Origin: Eledone cirrhosa | Taxonomy: Eukaryota | Length of the DNA stretch: 64,000 nucleotides | Direction: 5' to 3' | Assembly (NCBI GenBank): GCA_964016885.1 | Contig: OZ024744.1 | Span: 41,354,001 to 41,418,000, forward strand | In this document: positions 1 through 11,469 of the stretch, piece by piece | How positions within the stretch are numbered: the first letter of the stretch is position 1 | Layout of the letters: the number at the start of each line of letters is the position of its first letter | Notes under the pieces: generated by a model | What the model saw: only the letters and a program-made list of their open reading frames with translations | The model's database searches: none | What the model was told of the DNA's origin: nothing | Position numbers and translations under genes: made by a program

Positions 1-419
1 TTGACCACAAGAACTTTTGCAACACGAATTGGCGCAAAAGTTATTTTAATACCGCTGGAGCCACTTTTTTAACATAAAAACAGATAGAATTCCCAAAACT
101 AATCAGATCAGAGCCAATATCACGGACGCTCTATCTCAAAATGATTTTTGAAAAGCATTAGAAATGCGCAACCGGTAAAACTAAATACCAAAACTGAATA
201 CTAACCAATACTATTACTAATTCTCACTTATTCCTAATTAAACTATTTTTCACTGTGAACAATCTGTCAGCATTTTCTATTCCGTTTACCAATATATCAT
301 AACTTGTGTGTTACACCTCTATTCTTTTAAATATATATATATATATATATATATAGGTATATATATATGCATATATATATATATATGTATAAGTATATAT
401 ATATATATATGTAAAAGGT

Positions 420-542
420 AAACAGAAATAACAACACAATCAGTACAGTATATGGAAGGAATATATTAGGTTAACACTTGAAATACCAGGAACAGGGTCT
501 TAAAGTTTTGGACGCTAGTCCTTCATCAGAATTAAGAAAACG
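420..542 (-). mobile_element. Penelope-like terminal (pLTR) fragment with degenerate hammerhead-like core
   Basis: Minus strand reads CTGATGA-A-GGAC-TAGC-GTCC-AAAAC-TTTAAGAC. The downstream ~100 nt is homologous to 20095-20210 and runs into (TA)n. Confidence 0.5.
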
Positions 543-554
543 TTATATATATAT

Positions 555-752
555 AATTGTTTCTACTTTTGGCACAAGGCCAGCAATTATACAGTGTATT
601 ACTGGTACTTTATTTTATCGACCCCATAAGGATGAAAGGCAAAGTTAAACTAGGAGGGATTTGAACTCAGACCATAAAGGGCCGTAACTCTTTGGTGCTT
701 TGCTGCAGAGCATGGCGTCCGACCCTCTACCGATACTGCCAATTCACCACCA
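555..752 (-). mobile_element. tRNA-derived SINE, family 2
   Basis: Reverse complement of the 51622-51810 copy: B-box GAGTTCAAATCC, body GCCTTTCATCCTTATGGGGTCGATAAAATAAAGTACCAG, tail GGCCTTGTGCCAAAAGTAGAAAC. Confidence 0.8.
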
Positions 753-869
753 TATATATATATTTTTACACATACACCAATTAAACAAAGTCACACATAT
801 ATATGTGTTTTGGCAACTTTTCACGATGTGGCACAATGGAGAATTAATAAGTTAATCAGAGCAAAATAC

Positions 870-1187
870 TATAGAGTAAAGCATGTCCAGAGAATTATTT
901 GATAATATATATACATCATCTCTACTCCCAATCACCATAATTAACCACACAAAAAATCAATTAGACCAGGCTATAAGAATTAAAGGCATCTATGAAGAAA
1001 CAGTAAATAGATACACCACCGCGGCGTCTTCATGTGCAACCGCTATAGAGCATCTACCTAATGTTTCAACAGCACGTGGAAATTAATTAAATACATGGTC
1101 AGCCATACATAATTAGGTAAATATTTATGTTAGAAATGCTTATATACATACCAGGAGTAAATCACTCTGGACATGCTTTACTCTATA
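870..1187. repeat. Perfect 23-bp inverted repeat bounding a 318-bp segment
   Basis: TATAGAGTAAAGCATGTCCAGAG (870-892) is the reverse complement of 1165-1187; adjacent to (TA)n. Confidence 0.8.
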
Positions 1188-1706
1188 ATATATATATATA
1201 TATATATATATGTTTGTGTGCATAGTTCAAGATAAAAAAAACACTAACACAGTGATACAATTACACAAAATTATATTAGTTTGATGCTTGTTGGAAAAGG
1301 AAGATGGTGAGTTGATAGATTCTTTAGAGCATGGGATTAAATGCTTTACGCTATTTGTATCAGTTCTCTAACATTTTTGTGTTCATCCAGCCAAAGTCAA
1401 TATTACCATTCAGTCTTTTGGTTAGGTTGAAAAATAGAGTTACAATCTGGGTCAGTGGATTGGCAGAATTGTTTGAGTATTGTACATGGTAGGGTTTTAT
1501 GTGGGGTTCTAACAAAGTTGATAGAGTGTCATAAAATATGCTTTGTGGCATTTATTCCAGCTCTTTACATTCTGAGTTCAAATCTTGCTGAGGTCTACTT
1601 TGCCTTTTAATCATCTTGAGTCAATAAAATAAAATAAAGTAGCAGTTAAGTACTGGTGTCAAATGCATCAACTTATCCACCAACCCAAATTTCTGATTTA
1701 GAAACC

Positions 1707-1880
1707 ATGGTGGATTGGCAGTATCTGTAGTGGGTCGGACACCATGCTTTGCAACGGAGAGTTACTTTATGATCTGAGTTCAAATCCCGCTGAGGTTAAC
1801 TTTACCTTTCATCCTTATGGGGTCGATAAAATAAAGTACCACTAATGTACTGGGTAAATGCTGCCAAAAGTAAAAACTAT
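1707..1880 (+). mobile_element. SINE family 2
   Basis: GGTGGATTGGCAGTATC...GAGTTCAAATCCCGCTGAGGTTAAC...GGGGTCGATAAAATAAAGTACC. Confidence 0.75.
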
Positions 1881-1884
1881 TCTT

Positions 1885-2030
1885 TTTTGTTACATCCTCT
1901 GTTTTTGTTTTTTTTACTCACAGAAATGCCCATTTGTACCGTCCTGTATTGTCCTGTACTGTCCTTAATGTCTTACTTTGTGTAAATCCTTGTGGTTAAT
2001 AAAGAAATCATTATTATTATTATTATTATT
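1885..2030 (+). mobile_element. Tx1-like LINE 3' UTR fragment with (ATT)n tail
   Basis: Matches the reverse complement of ~8624-8740 (CAGAAATG..CATTTGTAC..GTGGTTAATAAAGAAA then (ATT)n). Confidence 0.65.
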
Positions 2031-4487
2031 ACAGTTAATGTCAGTGAAGCTCTTAAGGTCTATATTGCATGGTGGGCGAGCAGAAATGTTGAATACTCTG
2101 GTTTAACTTATCTAGTTGATTCTCACATGTGTGGGTGGGCAATCCTAAATGTTTTCCATGTTTCATATAATTGTTTCTACTTTTGGCACAAGGCCAGCAA
2201 TTACCCCAGTGTATTACTGGTACTTTATTTTATTGACCTCGGCGGGATTTGAACTCAGAACTTAAAGGGCCATAACTCTATATTATGTTATTTATAATAG
2301 TTGTAGTTTAGTGGATTTTATAATAGTTGTTTCTACTTTTGGCACAAGGCCAGCAATTACCCCAGGGCATTACTGTGTATTTTATAATAATGTTATACTT
2401 ATTTCATATATTTATCCAATTTTAATGTCTTATATATTATTACATGCTCAAACTTTTATCTTTATATAACTTTGTCCAACACATACCCTTAAGTCTGTAA
2501 TGTTTACTGTATTTCTATGTGCAAGCCGTTGTGGCTAATCATAAAATCAGGCTCTGACCTTATCGATGACTTTCGCCACCTCTGTCTCCTTGTTTTTTCA
2601 ATTATTTCAGGTTTTCTTTTGTCTTTTTCTCAAAAGCTTTTGATACTAGAATTGTTTTCCATATGATGACGTGTATGTGTATAAGTGTGTGCATGTGTGT
2701 ATGAGCATATGCATACATTTATATGTGTGAGTATAGAAATATAAACGTGCAAACACAGACACACTTGCAAAAATACACAGACATACATTCACACAAACGC
2801 GCACATACACATACACTCACACACAGCATAGTTTTTCACCACCCACTTCTTTACTTTTACACACACATACGTTCATGCAGGCAGTGGACATAAAGAGAGA
2901 GCAGTAGTATGAGGTAGTCAAACTACTCCTGTCTCTTTGGATGTTGTGACGGAATCACAAAAATGTATATATAGAAGGTCACAAACTTGATTAATCAACT
3001 AATGGATAGATTAAATCTCTGATTTATAATAAAAATCCAAAGTGGAACTCAACTGGTGTATGTGGCAAAGTAGGATGATAACTTTATCTTTTTATATGTT
3101 TATCCTGATGATGAGGATGAAGCTATATATATATATATACACACACACATATGTGTGTGTGTATATATAAGAGAGATTGAGTGAAAGAGAGAGGGAGAAA
3201 GAGTATTACTGTAGGTCTTGTGAGATCATGAATCTGAATTTCCTTTCCAAGGTAAGATTTTTTTTTTTTATGGAAGACGACTGGTAATCCAGGAATGCCC
3301 AAAGCTTCACCCAAGCCATCCTTGATCTCCACTAACACTCTATACAAAGTGAGCATTATTTTCTGATCACCTATCATGTTGTCCAGCTGGTAAAGTGCTG
3401 TGAGAACTTGGCAGCCAACAATTTGTTTTATTGACCACAAAAACCCAAGATATTAGGAACAATACAGTGGAGTTTACATTGAGTAAAAGACAGCAAAGTA
3501 GTAACAATAAATGATATTTTTCTTCCAATTATTTAACTACTGCTAGCAATGACTCCACTTCATGACAGGGTCAACCCATGCCAGGCAGTAAAAATGTAAA
3601 AGAGAATAAAATGATTTTTTTAATCATTGTTGTTATCTTTTTGTCATTGGAATGACAAACATTTATAAATTATTGCCTACATTCTGCTGAGAAATCTTGA
3701 ATCCCTTTTTGTGCATTATCTAGAAATATGTGTGTAGCATTAGTAAATCAAACACTGATAAATTGTAATTATAATATATTCAGAATATTGCCTGCTGTAT
3801 TATATTAAATGTGAGAATATCAACGGTGTTATTGCATTACAACACTAATTAAATATTGAACACTTAAAATTTTATTAATGCCATTCAATATCAAATAATA
3901 TTCTGGTAAGGATTAATAAATGTCTTTACAGTATGGCAGTTGTTGCTCTTTCTATACGCATTCATTATCCAAGAGATACAAAAACATTACTACATAGTGC
4001 ATTATGCCAAAGTTCCCACTGAATAACTTCAAAGCACACCCACCCTGCAATGTCTTTTGAAAATAACAGATACAATCAACAACATGACCAGCTATATGAT
4101 CAATCACATGCCAACCACCTCACCAGTGACACATCCAACCATATGATTATCTCTCTAAAGCAGAACTATCTGATGAGGCAATTCATATCTGCAGATATAC
4201 AGTACAGAGTTAACTAAGACTGTGTGAATATGTATGTAAGTACAACACAATGAGTGTCAACTTTACATATTTCCCCATAGATTGTAAAAATGATGAACAA
4301 TCCTCAAAAAGGAAAACAAACATACTATATTGTCAGTTTTCAATCTCATGTATGTGCATTTGTTTGTATTTATATATACATAAATGTGTATGTGCGTGTA
4401 TCTGTGTGTTTGTGTGTAAGCAGATGTGTCTCTCTCTCTGTGTATGTGCATGCACATTTGTGTGAAGATAGGGAAGGCAACAGAGAT

Positions 4488-6113
4488 ATGAAGATAGGGA
4501 AGGCAACCGGTCCATCGGGTATAGCTGCCGAGATGCTGAAGGCATCTGGGTCTGTAGGTCACACTATAACCACACGTATTGTTAACCAGGTAATACTAGA
4601 AGGTGTCATACCAAAGGATTGGTGCAGTAGCATCATTGTCAACTGCTACAAAGGTAAAGGCGATGCACTAGATAGAGGAAACTATAGAGGTATAAAGTTG
4701 ATGGACCAGGTCATGAAAGTAACAGAAAGAGTTATAGCACAGCTGATTAGGGACTGGGTGAATATAGACGAGATGCAATTTGGGTTTGTACCAGGGAAAG
4801 GCACCACTGATGCCCTCTTCCTTGTGAGGCAATTACAGGAAAAGTACCTAGCTAAAAGTAAGCCACTCTACTTGGCATTTGTCAACCTTGAGAAAGCCTT
4901 TGACAGAGTTCCACGTGCAGTAATCTGGTGGGCTCTTAGAAAACTAGGAGTAGATGAATGGCTTGTGAAAGCGGTACAAGCCATGTATAGGGGAGCAGTC
5001 AGCAAAGTTAGGATTAGCAATGAGTATAGCGAGGAATTTAGCGTACAGGTTGGGGTCCACCAGGGCTCTGTTCTTAGCCCTCTCCTGTTCATCATAGTCC
5101 TGCAGGCAATAACGGAGGAGTTTAAGACCGGATGCCCATGGGAACTCCTGTATGCTGATGACCTCGCACTCATAGCTGAATCTATGGTAGAACTAGAGAA
5201 TAAATTCCAAACCTGGAAGCAGGGACTAGAGAGAAAGGGCCTCAAAGTCAATATGACAAAGACTAAGGTCCTTGTAAGTAGACGAGAAAACAGAACCCAG
5301 ATCCCCTCAGCGAAATGGCCTTGCTCAGTATGTAGGAAAGGTGTAGGTAGGAACTCCATTCTTTGCCCCAAATGCAAACAATGGGTACACAAGAGATGTA
5401 GCGGGATCTCAGGAAGCTTAATTAAGAATGTAGGATTCACATGCAGCAGCTGTGCTGAAACAGCAAGCAAACAGCCACAGGAAACAAGTACCACCAATCT
5501 CTGGGAGGGCCTTGTAGAAACAGTAGACAGCTTCTGCTACCTAGGTGACCGAATTAGCAACGGAGGTGGGTGTTCAGAAAGTACAATAACTAGGGTAAGA
5601 ACGGGATGGAAGACGTTTAGGGAACTACTACCACTGCTAGCTGCAAAAGGCTTCTCCCTCAGAATGAAAGGCAGACTGTATAATGCGTGTATCCGAACAG
5701 CGATGTTGCATGGTAGTGAGACCTGGGCGCTGAAGGTGGAAGACTTACGTATATTAGAGAGAAACGAAGCCTGCATGCTCCGATGGATGTGTAACAGTAA
5801 TATACGTGAACGACAAAGCATAAAGGAATTGAGAGAGAGACTGAGCATAAGAGGAATCAAATGCTGCTTGCAGGATAGTCGGTTACGCTGGTATGGACTT
5901 GTGATGCGTATGAAGGATGACAGCTGCATAAAAAGGTGCAGAGCACTAGAAGTTGATGGAAACCGCAGAGTGGGGAGAACCAAGATGACTTGGGATGAGG
6001 TGATAAAAGCCGACCTTACCCAACTACACCTCACAAAGTCAATGACACACGACCGTGACTTCTGGCGTCACGCAGTAATACAGGGTACCCGACCTCCCAT
6101 GGGTACATGCTGA
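4488..6113 (+). mobile_element. 5'-truncated RTE-clade LINE; uninterrupted RT ORF with internal PHD-like finger
   Basis: KATGPSGI, NYRGIKL, QFGFVPG, LEKAFDRV, GVHQGSVLSPLLF, LLYADDL, FCYLG, MLHGSETW, RLRWYG. The ORF track's N-terminal extension (4290-4487) is microsatellite read-through. Confidence 0.93.
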
Positions 6114-6139
6114 AGCATATAAACAATATGCCCCCACTC

Positions 6140-6395
6140 CCCCCACCGCAAGGTGGTCGTGGAGGTGCCACGGCAAAAAAGCACCCAGCCCACACTGTAA
6201 AGTGGACGTGTAGGCGCCACGAAAAAGCACCCAGCACTCACTGTAAATGAGGTTGCTGTAGAAATCAAGCCAGATCAGTTCCTGTATGAGCAAGGCATGG
6301 TCAGCCGACCAGACACTGCCCACAACAGGACAACCCGTCTAACCCATGCTAGCGTGGAAGAACGGACGTAAAACGGTGATGATGATGATGATGAT
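6140..6395 (+). mobile_element. SINE family 1 body and tail (headless)
   Basis: GCACCCAGCCCACACTGTAAAGTGG repeats; tail AACCCATGCTAGCGTGGAAGAACGGACGTAAAACG then (GAT)n. Confidence 0.75.
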
Positions 6396-7939
6396 GTGTG
6401 TTTGTGTTTAAATGTTCATGCATATAAATGTGAGTGTGTTTGCATTCATATGTGCATGCACATATGTGTGTTTCTGTCTATATGTGGTTGAGTATGTATG
6501 TGAAATACAAGTATGCATGTGTGTGCCTGTGTGACTGTTTGTGTGTGTGTGTGTTGCATGTGCATACATATGTGTTACTGAATATATCTGTGTGTGCATG
6601 TGTGTATTTTTAATAAATCCTTATCGTCATCATTTACATGTATATTAATTCAATTTATCTAATTATTGAACAGAAAGTTCAAAAGTTCAAAGCAATCAGA
6701 ACTCACTGGTAAAGGAGAAATATCATTTTCTATAAAATTAAATGAGCTAATTCAATATAGAAAATATCAACTATATACTTGAAGAACACAGAACTATTGA
6801 AAAATCAGTCATCTTTAATTATATAACGAAGAATTCCCCAAACCAAAAGTGTTGATATATTCTTTCTATATATACCATTTCCAAAATCAAACAATAACTG
6901 ACTAGTAATTTTCTCTTGGAGACAAATAGAAAAATTTTATTGTATCTCATTTATTATTAAAAAGTACTGTCATATAGGTGCAAGTATAGCTGTGTGGTTA
7001 AGAAGTACATTTCATAATGACGTCCGTGGTTAGATATTGGAATATCAGTGCCTTACTGAAAAAGAAAGTGAGTGCTGTTGTCAAAGAAGGGCATCTGGCT
7101 ATAGAAGTCAGTCAACTCATGAAATTAGTGGATAAGTGGCTGAGTATTTCACAGTTACATGTTCCCTTGACATAATTCTTAAGGTAATTGAAAATGACAC
7201 AGTGTATGATAAGGCTGACTCTTTGAATTTCAGGTACAGTTAATCAAACCAGTTAATCGACCTAATTTGATACACAAGGCTTGGGTTGACCCAAGTTTAT
7301 GGTAAATAACCCTTGTCCAAGATGCCATATGGTGGAATTAAACATAGTGCCGAATGATAGGAAAGCTAACTTCTTAACCATTTAGCTTTCCTTGCATCCA
7401 CTCTTAGATATACAAAAAATAAAAAGCTCTCTGGGACATCTTTGGGAAAATATGATGTGAGGTTTAAAAAAAGGAAAGAAAAACTGTTCATTAGATTGGC
7501 TCAAGGAAACTAAGTTTCTGTTGTCTTTATGCCGGTCAAAACTGGGGTAAAAGAACAACAACAACAGCAACAAACAATGAGCTAGTTGATACCACCACCA
7601 CTGGAAACATCAACATTGTTGTCATCATCACTACTTTCAGCAACATCATCATCATCATCATCACCATAATCCACATCATCACCACCACTACCACCACCAC
7701 TGCAATTATCAACATTGTTGATTATCATTATCATCAACATCACCACCACCACTACTACAACTGCTTCCATCATCATCATCATCATCACTCAGACACAATC
7801 AACGTATACGTCAAATTCTAAAAATATTGACAGTCCTGTTCTACAAATTAACTTCTCTCACGAAAAAATAAAAAAATGGAAATTATATTACTATTACTCC
7901 CACACACACCAATCGATATCTCCAGAGATTATCAGCTTC

Positions 7940-8260
<321 letters not shown>

Positions 8261-8623
8261 ACAAGTTAGTAGCACTACACAACAGTAAAATATTTATCAC
8301 ACTAAGGTCTGAAAAGATAAAAAAAAAAGTTTTCCAATCTCCATTAAAGTCTATTATACAAGGTGTTTTATATTTGAATGTCCAGAGTAACAAGGTCTTA
8401 TGCATTGATCTCGGGCATTAAATACAGCTTTCGTCTTGAAGCATAGATTTACTTAATCATATCTGATTGGGGTATACTCAATCAATCACAGACAACAATA
8501 ACAGTGATGATGATGATGATGATAATAATAATAATAATAATTGTTTCTACTTTTGGCACAAGGCCAGCAATTATACCAGTGTAATACTGGTACTTTAATA
8601 ATAATAATAATAATAATAATAAT

Positions 8624-9436
8624 GTTTCTTTATTAACCACGAGGGTTGACATAAAGTATAACAATAAGGACAGCACAGGACAGTACAAATGGTCATTTCT
8701 GTGTGTAAAAAAAAACAAAACAAAGGAGATGACAAAAAAAAAAGAAACAAAGGCAAATTCCACAATAGAGGGGAGACTTCCAAGGGACACTCGTGGAGAA
8801 AACCCATTAAAAAAGCCACGGTAATCCTGACCTCCAAGGCAAGTGCCCTCTCCCAGTTTACCACCTTCAATTTACAGGTGCATATTCAGAGTAGGTCCAT
8901 TTTCTCGGACCATTCTTGCCTCTCTCACCCATCTTTCAACAAAATGCTGGGAAGAGAGCACTTCACACTCCACCCTGATTTTCCTTTTCAAATGAAATTT
9001 GAAAAAGTTAATCAGGGCATCACCGAAGAGGTAAGTGCTTGTCTTCAGCCCTTTCAAATGCATGCACCATACTATCTCTTTCGCCATGGCCACCAGACAA
9101 ATAAAAACTGCCTGCCCTTCCCAGCTAAAGGAAGAGGGCGGGGCAATCCTCACGATGGACTCAGCTGAGAGCTGGATCCGTCCTACATGCGACAGCAGGT
9201 GTTTGACATAAACCCACAAGTCGGTAATGCTAGGACACTGGACGAGTGCATGCAGGACAGTTTCGTCGCACTGCACGCATCTCGGACAGGCCCGACTGAC
9301 AGCACTTCCATGCCTGTAGAGTTTATCCCAAACTGGCAAAGCTCCTCAGTAGCACTGCCAGGTCAGGGATTTCTGGAGGCTGTCCATGGGCCCTGGCCCG
9401 AAAGTTCTCCTGAAGAGATTGGCTAGTTGATTTTCG
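8624..9436 (-). mobile_element. Tx1-like LINE 3' fragment (ORF2 C-terminal zinc finger plus 3' UTR)
   Basis: LPVWDKLYRHG..CPRCVQCDETVLHALVQC; (ATT)n tail at 8598-8623; homologous to 62041-62810. Confidence 0.8.
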
Positions 9437-9439
9437 TCA

Positions 9440-9492
<53 letters not shown>

Positions 9493-9495
<3 letters not shown>

Positions 9496-11468
9496 GTTTC
9501 TTTATTGGCCACAAGGGCTAACATGAAGAAAAACATTAGAGACGGCACAGAACAGTACAGGACGATACAAAGTGGGTTTTGGTCGTGTAAACAGGTTATA
9601 ACAAAATTGGGCAAGAAATCAAAAAAAATCAAACAGCAAAAATTCCCCCAAAAGAGGGAAACCAACCTCCGAGGATTATTCGTGGCAAAAACCACACAAA
9701 AAGGCCATGGCCACCCTGACCACCAGGGCAAGCGCCCCCTCTCAGTTTTCCCACTCCTCAGTCTACAGGCACATACTCAGAGCGGGCCCATTCACTCGGA
9801 CCATACTCGCTGCTTTCACCCACCTTTCAACAAACTTACTAAAAGACAGAGCTTGCCTCTCAACTCTGATTTTTCCTCTTCAAGTGAAACTTGAAAAAGT
9901 TAATCAGGGATTGGCCGAAGAGGAAAGTGTCCATCTTCAAGCTGGTAGAGGGAGGTGAGCACTTGGAGACATTCCAGCTTCCAATCGCTATCCCTCAGTC
10001 TTTTCCTGATCCAGGACTGCAGCTCCGTCAAGGAGACGAGCTGGAGAAAAGCGCATCTGGCAAACAGCGACCACACCTGTTCACCGTCAAGGAAGCACCA
10101 GAGATGTCGCAGCCTCAGCGCATCATCAGCCATGGCATGCCTAGTCCTCCACACAAGGGCTGTTGACAGCAAATGGATCGTCTGACCATGGGAGCACGTC
10201 CCTTCCACAAAAAGTGGAAGAGAAGGTGCTCCAGTTTGGTCAGAGTTGGGCGGGGGCAAGATACAATGGTCAGGCGGTAGCAGATGATGGATGCTATGTA
10301 CACATTTGCCACCTCCGCCCGACCTTTGAGTTCTACTCTCTCATTTGTCTTTGTTGTTGTTGTTGTTGGTGGTGGTGGAGCCTGGTCTGCCGTTCTTGGC
10401 ACAGGTACAGCTTGTGCAACTGTTTCTGTTGCTACAGTTGCCGCTGCTGTTTTTGTTGTCCGTGGCTTTGGTGTGAGTGTCGCAGACGTTGTCTTCCTAC
10501 TCTCTGTAGAAGCTCCTGGCTTTTTTCCTGACTGCTCTGTTTCTGATGGCAGTGGTTCCGGCGTTGGAAGGAGGATGACCTTCACCTTTGTTATTTTCTG
10601 TGGACAGAAGGCCCTGAGGTGAGACTTCAATCCACAGTTGAAGCACATTAGGCGCCTTCCTTCCACAGATATGGGAAGTTGGGAGCCATTCCCGAGGTTT
10701 ATTACATCGGGAATAACGCTGATGCAGTCCTGGTCGGTTTGGATGAGCATCTCCATTCCAATACCGGACCAGTCCTCTCTCCCCAACTTCTGTACCAGCA
10801 GAATGTTTGTTCTATCCTCGATGCCCGCAAGAACAGACACGACCAGCCAAGGCACAGGTACGTAGGGTGGAACTTGGGTTACCTTGACCATTGCAAGTTT
10901 TTCCTGCAGTAAAACGGGACTAGTGTTATGTCATCACTTTGTAGGGTCCTCAGTGAGTGCGATTCTGCTTCCTGGGTGATAGCATATAGTTTGCCTTGGG
11001 TGATGTGGGGGTTCTGTGCCCACACAGTTCCCAAGGCCTTTTGGATTATGGCCTCCGAGGCTCTCTCCACACGATGCGATTTCTTGGCAATCGTGCAGTA
11101 TGACATTGTGCTACTGCTACAAATGATGTTGTTGGTGTTGTTGCTGTTATCACTGTGGCAGTTGGTTATGTCTTTGGTGTCACCGTTGTTGTTGTTCTCG
11201 GTGCAATTTGTATTGTTGCTGTTGGTGTAATCACTATTTGTTTTCATGTTAGTGGTGTTATTATTGTTGGTGCATATGTTGTCATTTATTTCGTTGTTTG
11301 CATTTTGGTTCTCGCTGTTACTGTTGTGGTTGTTGTGATCATTTTCAAAATTAATGTTCTCAGTGTTGTTGTCATTGCTGTCTTTTTTCACGTTGTTTGT
11401 GGTGGTGTTAGTTGTTTCAATTTCTGTGTTCGCCGTAACCCTCCTCTCAACTTTTATGTTGTTGTCAC
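9493..11468 (-). mobile_element. Internally deleted Tx1-like LINE (ORF1 with CCHC knuckle joined to ORF2 C-terminal part)
   Basis: CFNCGLKSHLRAFC knuckle, then LKGRAEVANVYIASI..FHFLWKG..GGLGMPWL; 3' end in (ATT)n at 9441-9492. Confidence 0.8.
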
Positions 11469-11469
11469 A

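Noticed and set aside
1-300. Possible GIY-YIG C-terminus of a Penelope element
   Set aside because: Only a faint, frameshifted resemblance at the window edge.
4868-6034. Long antisense ORFs over the RTE (also 39862-40410, 31334-31855)
   Set aside because: Shadow frames of LINE coding sequence with no motifs.
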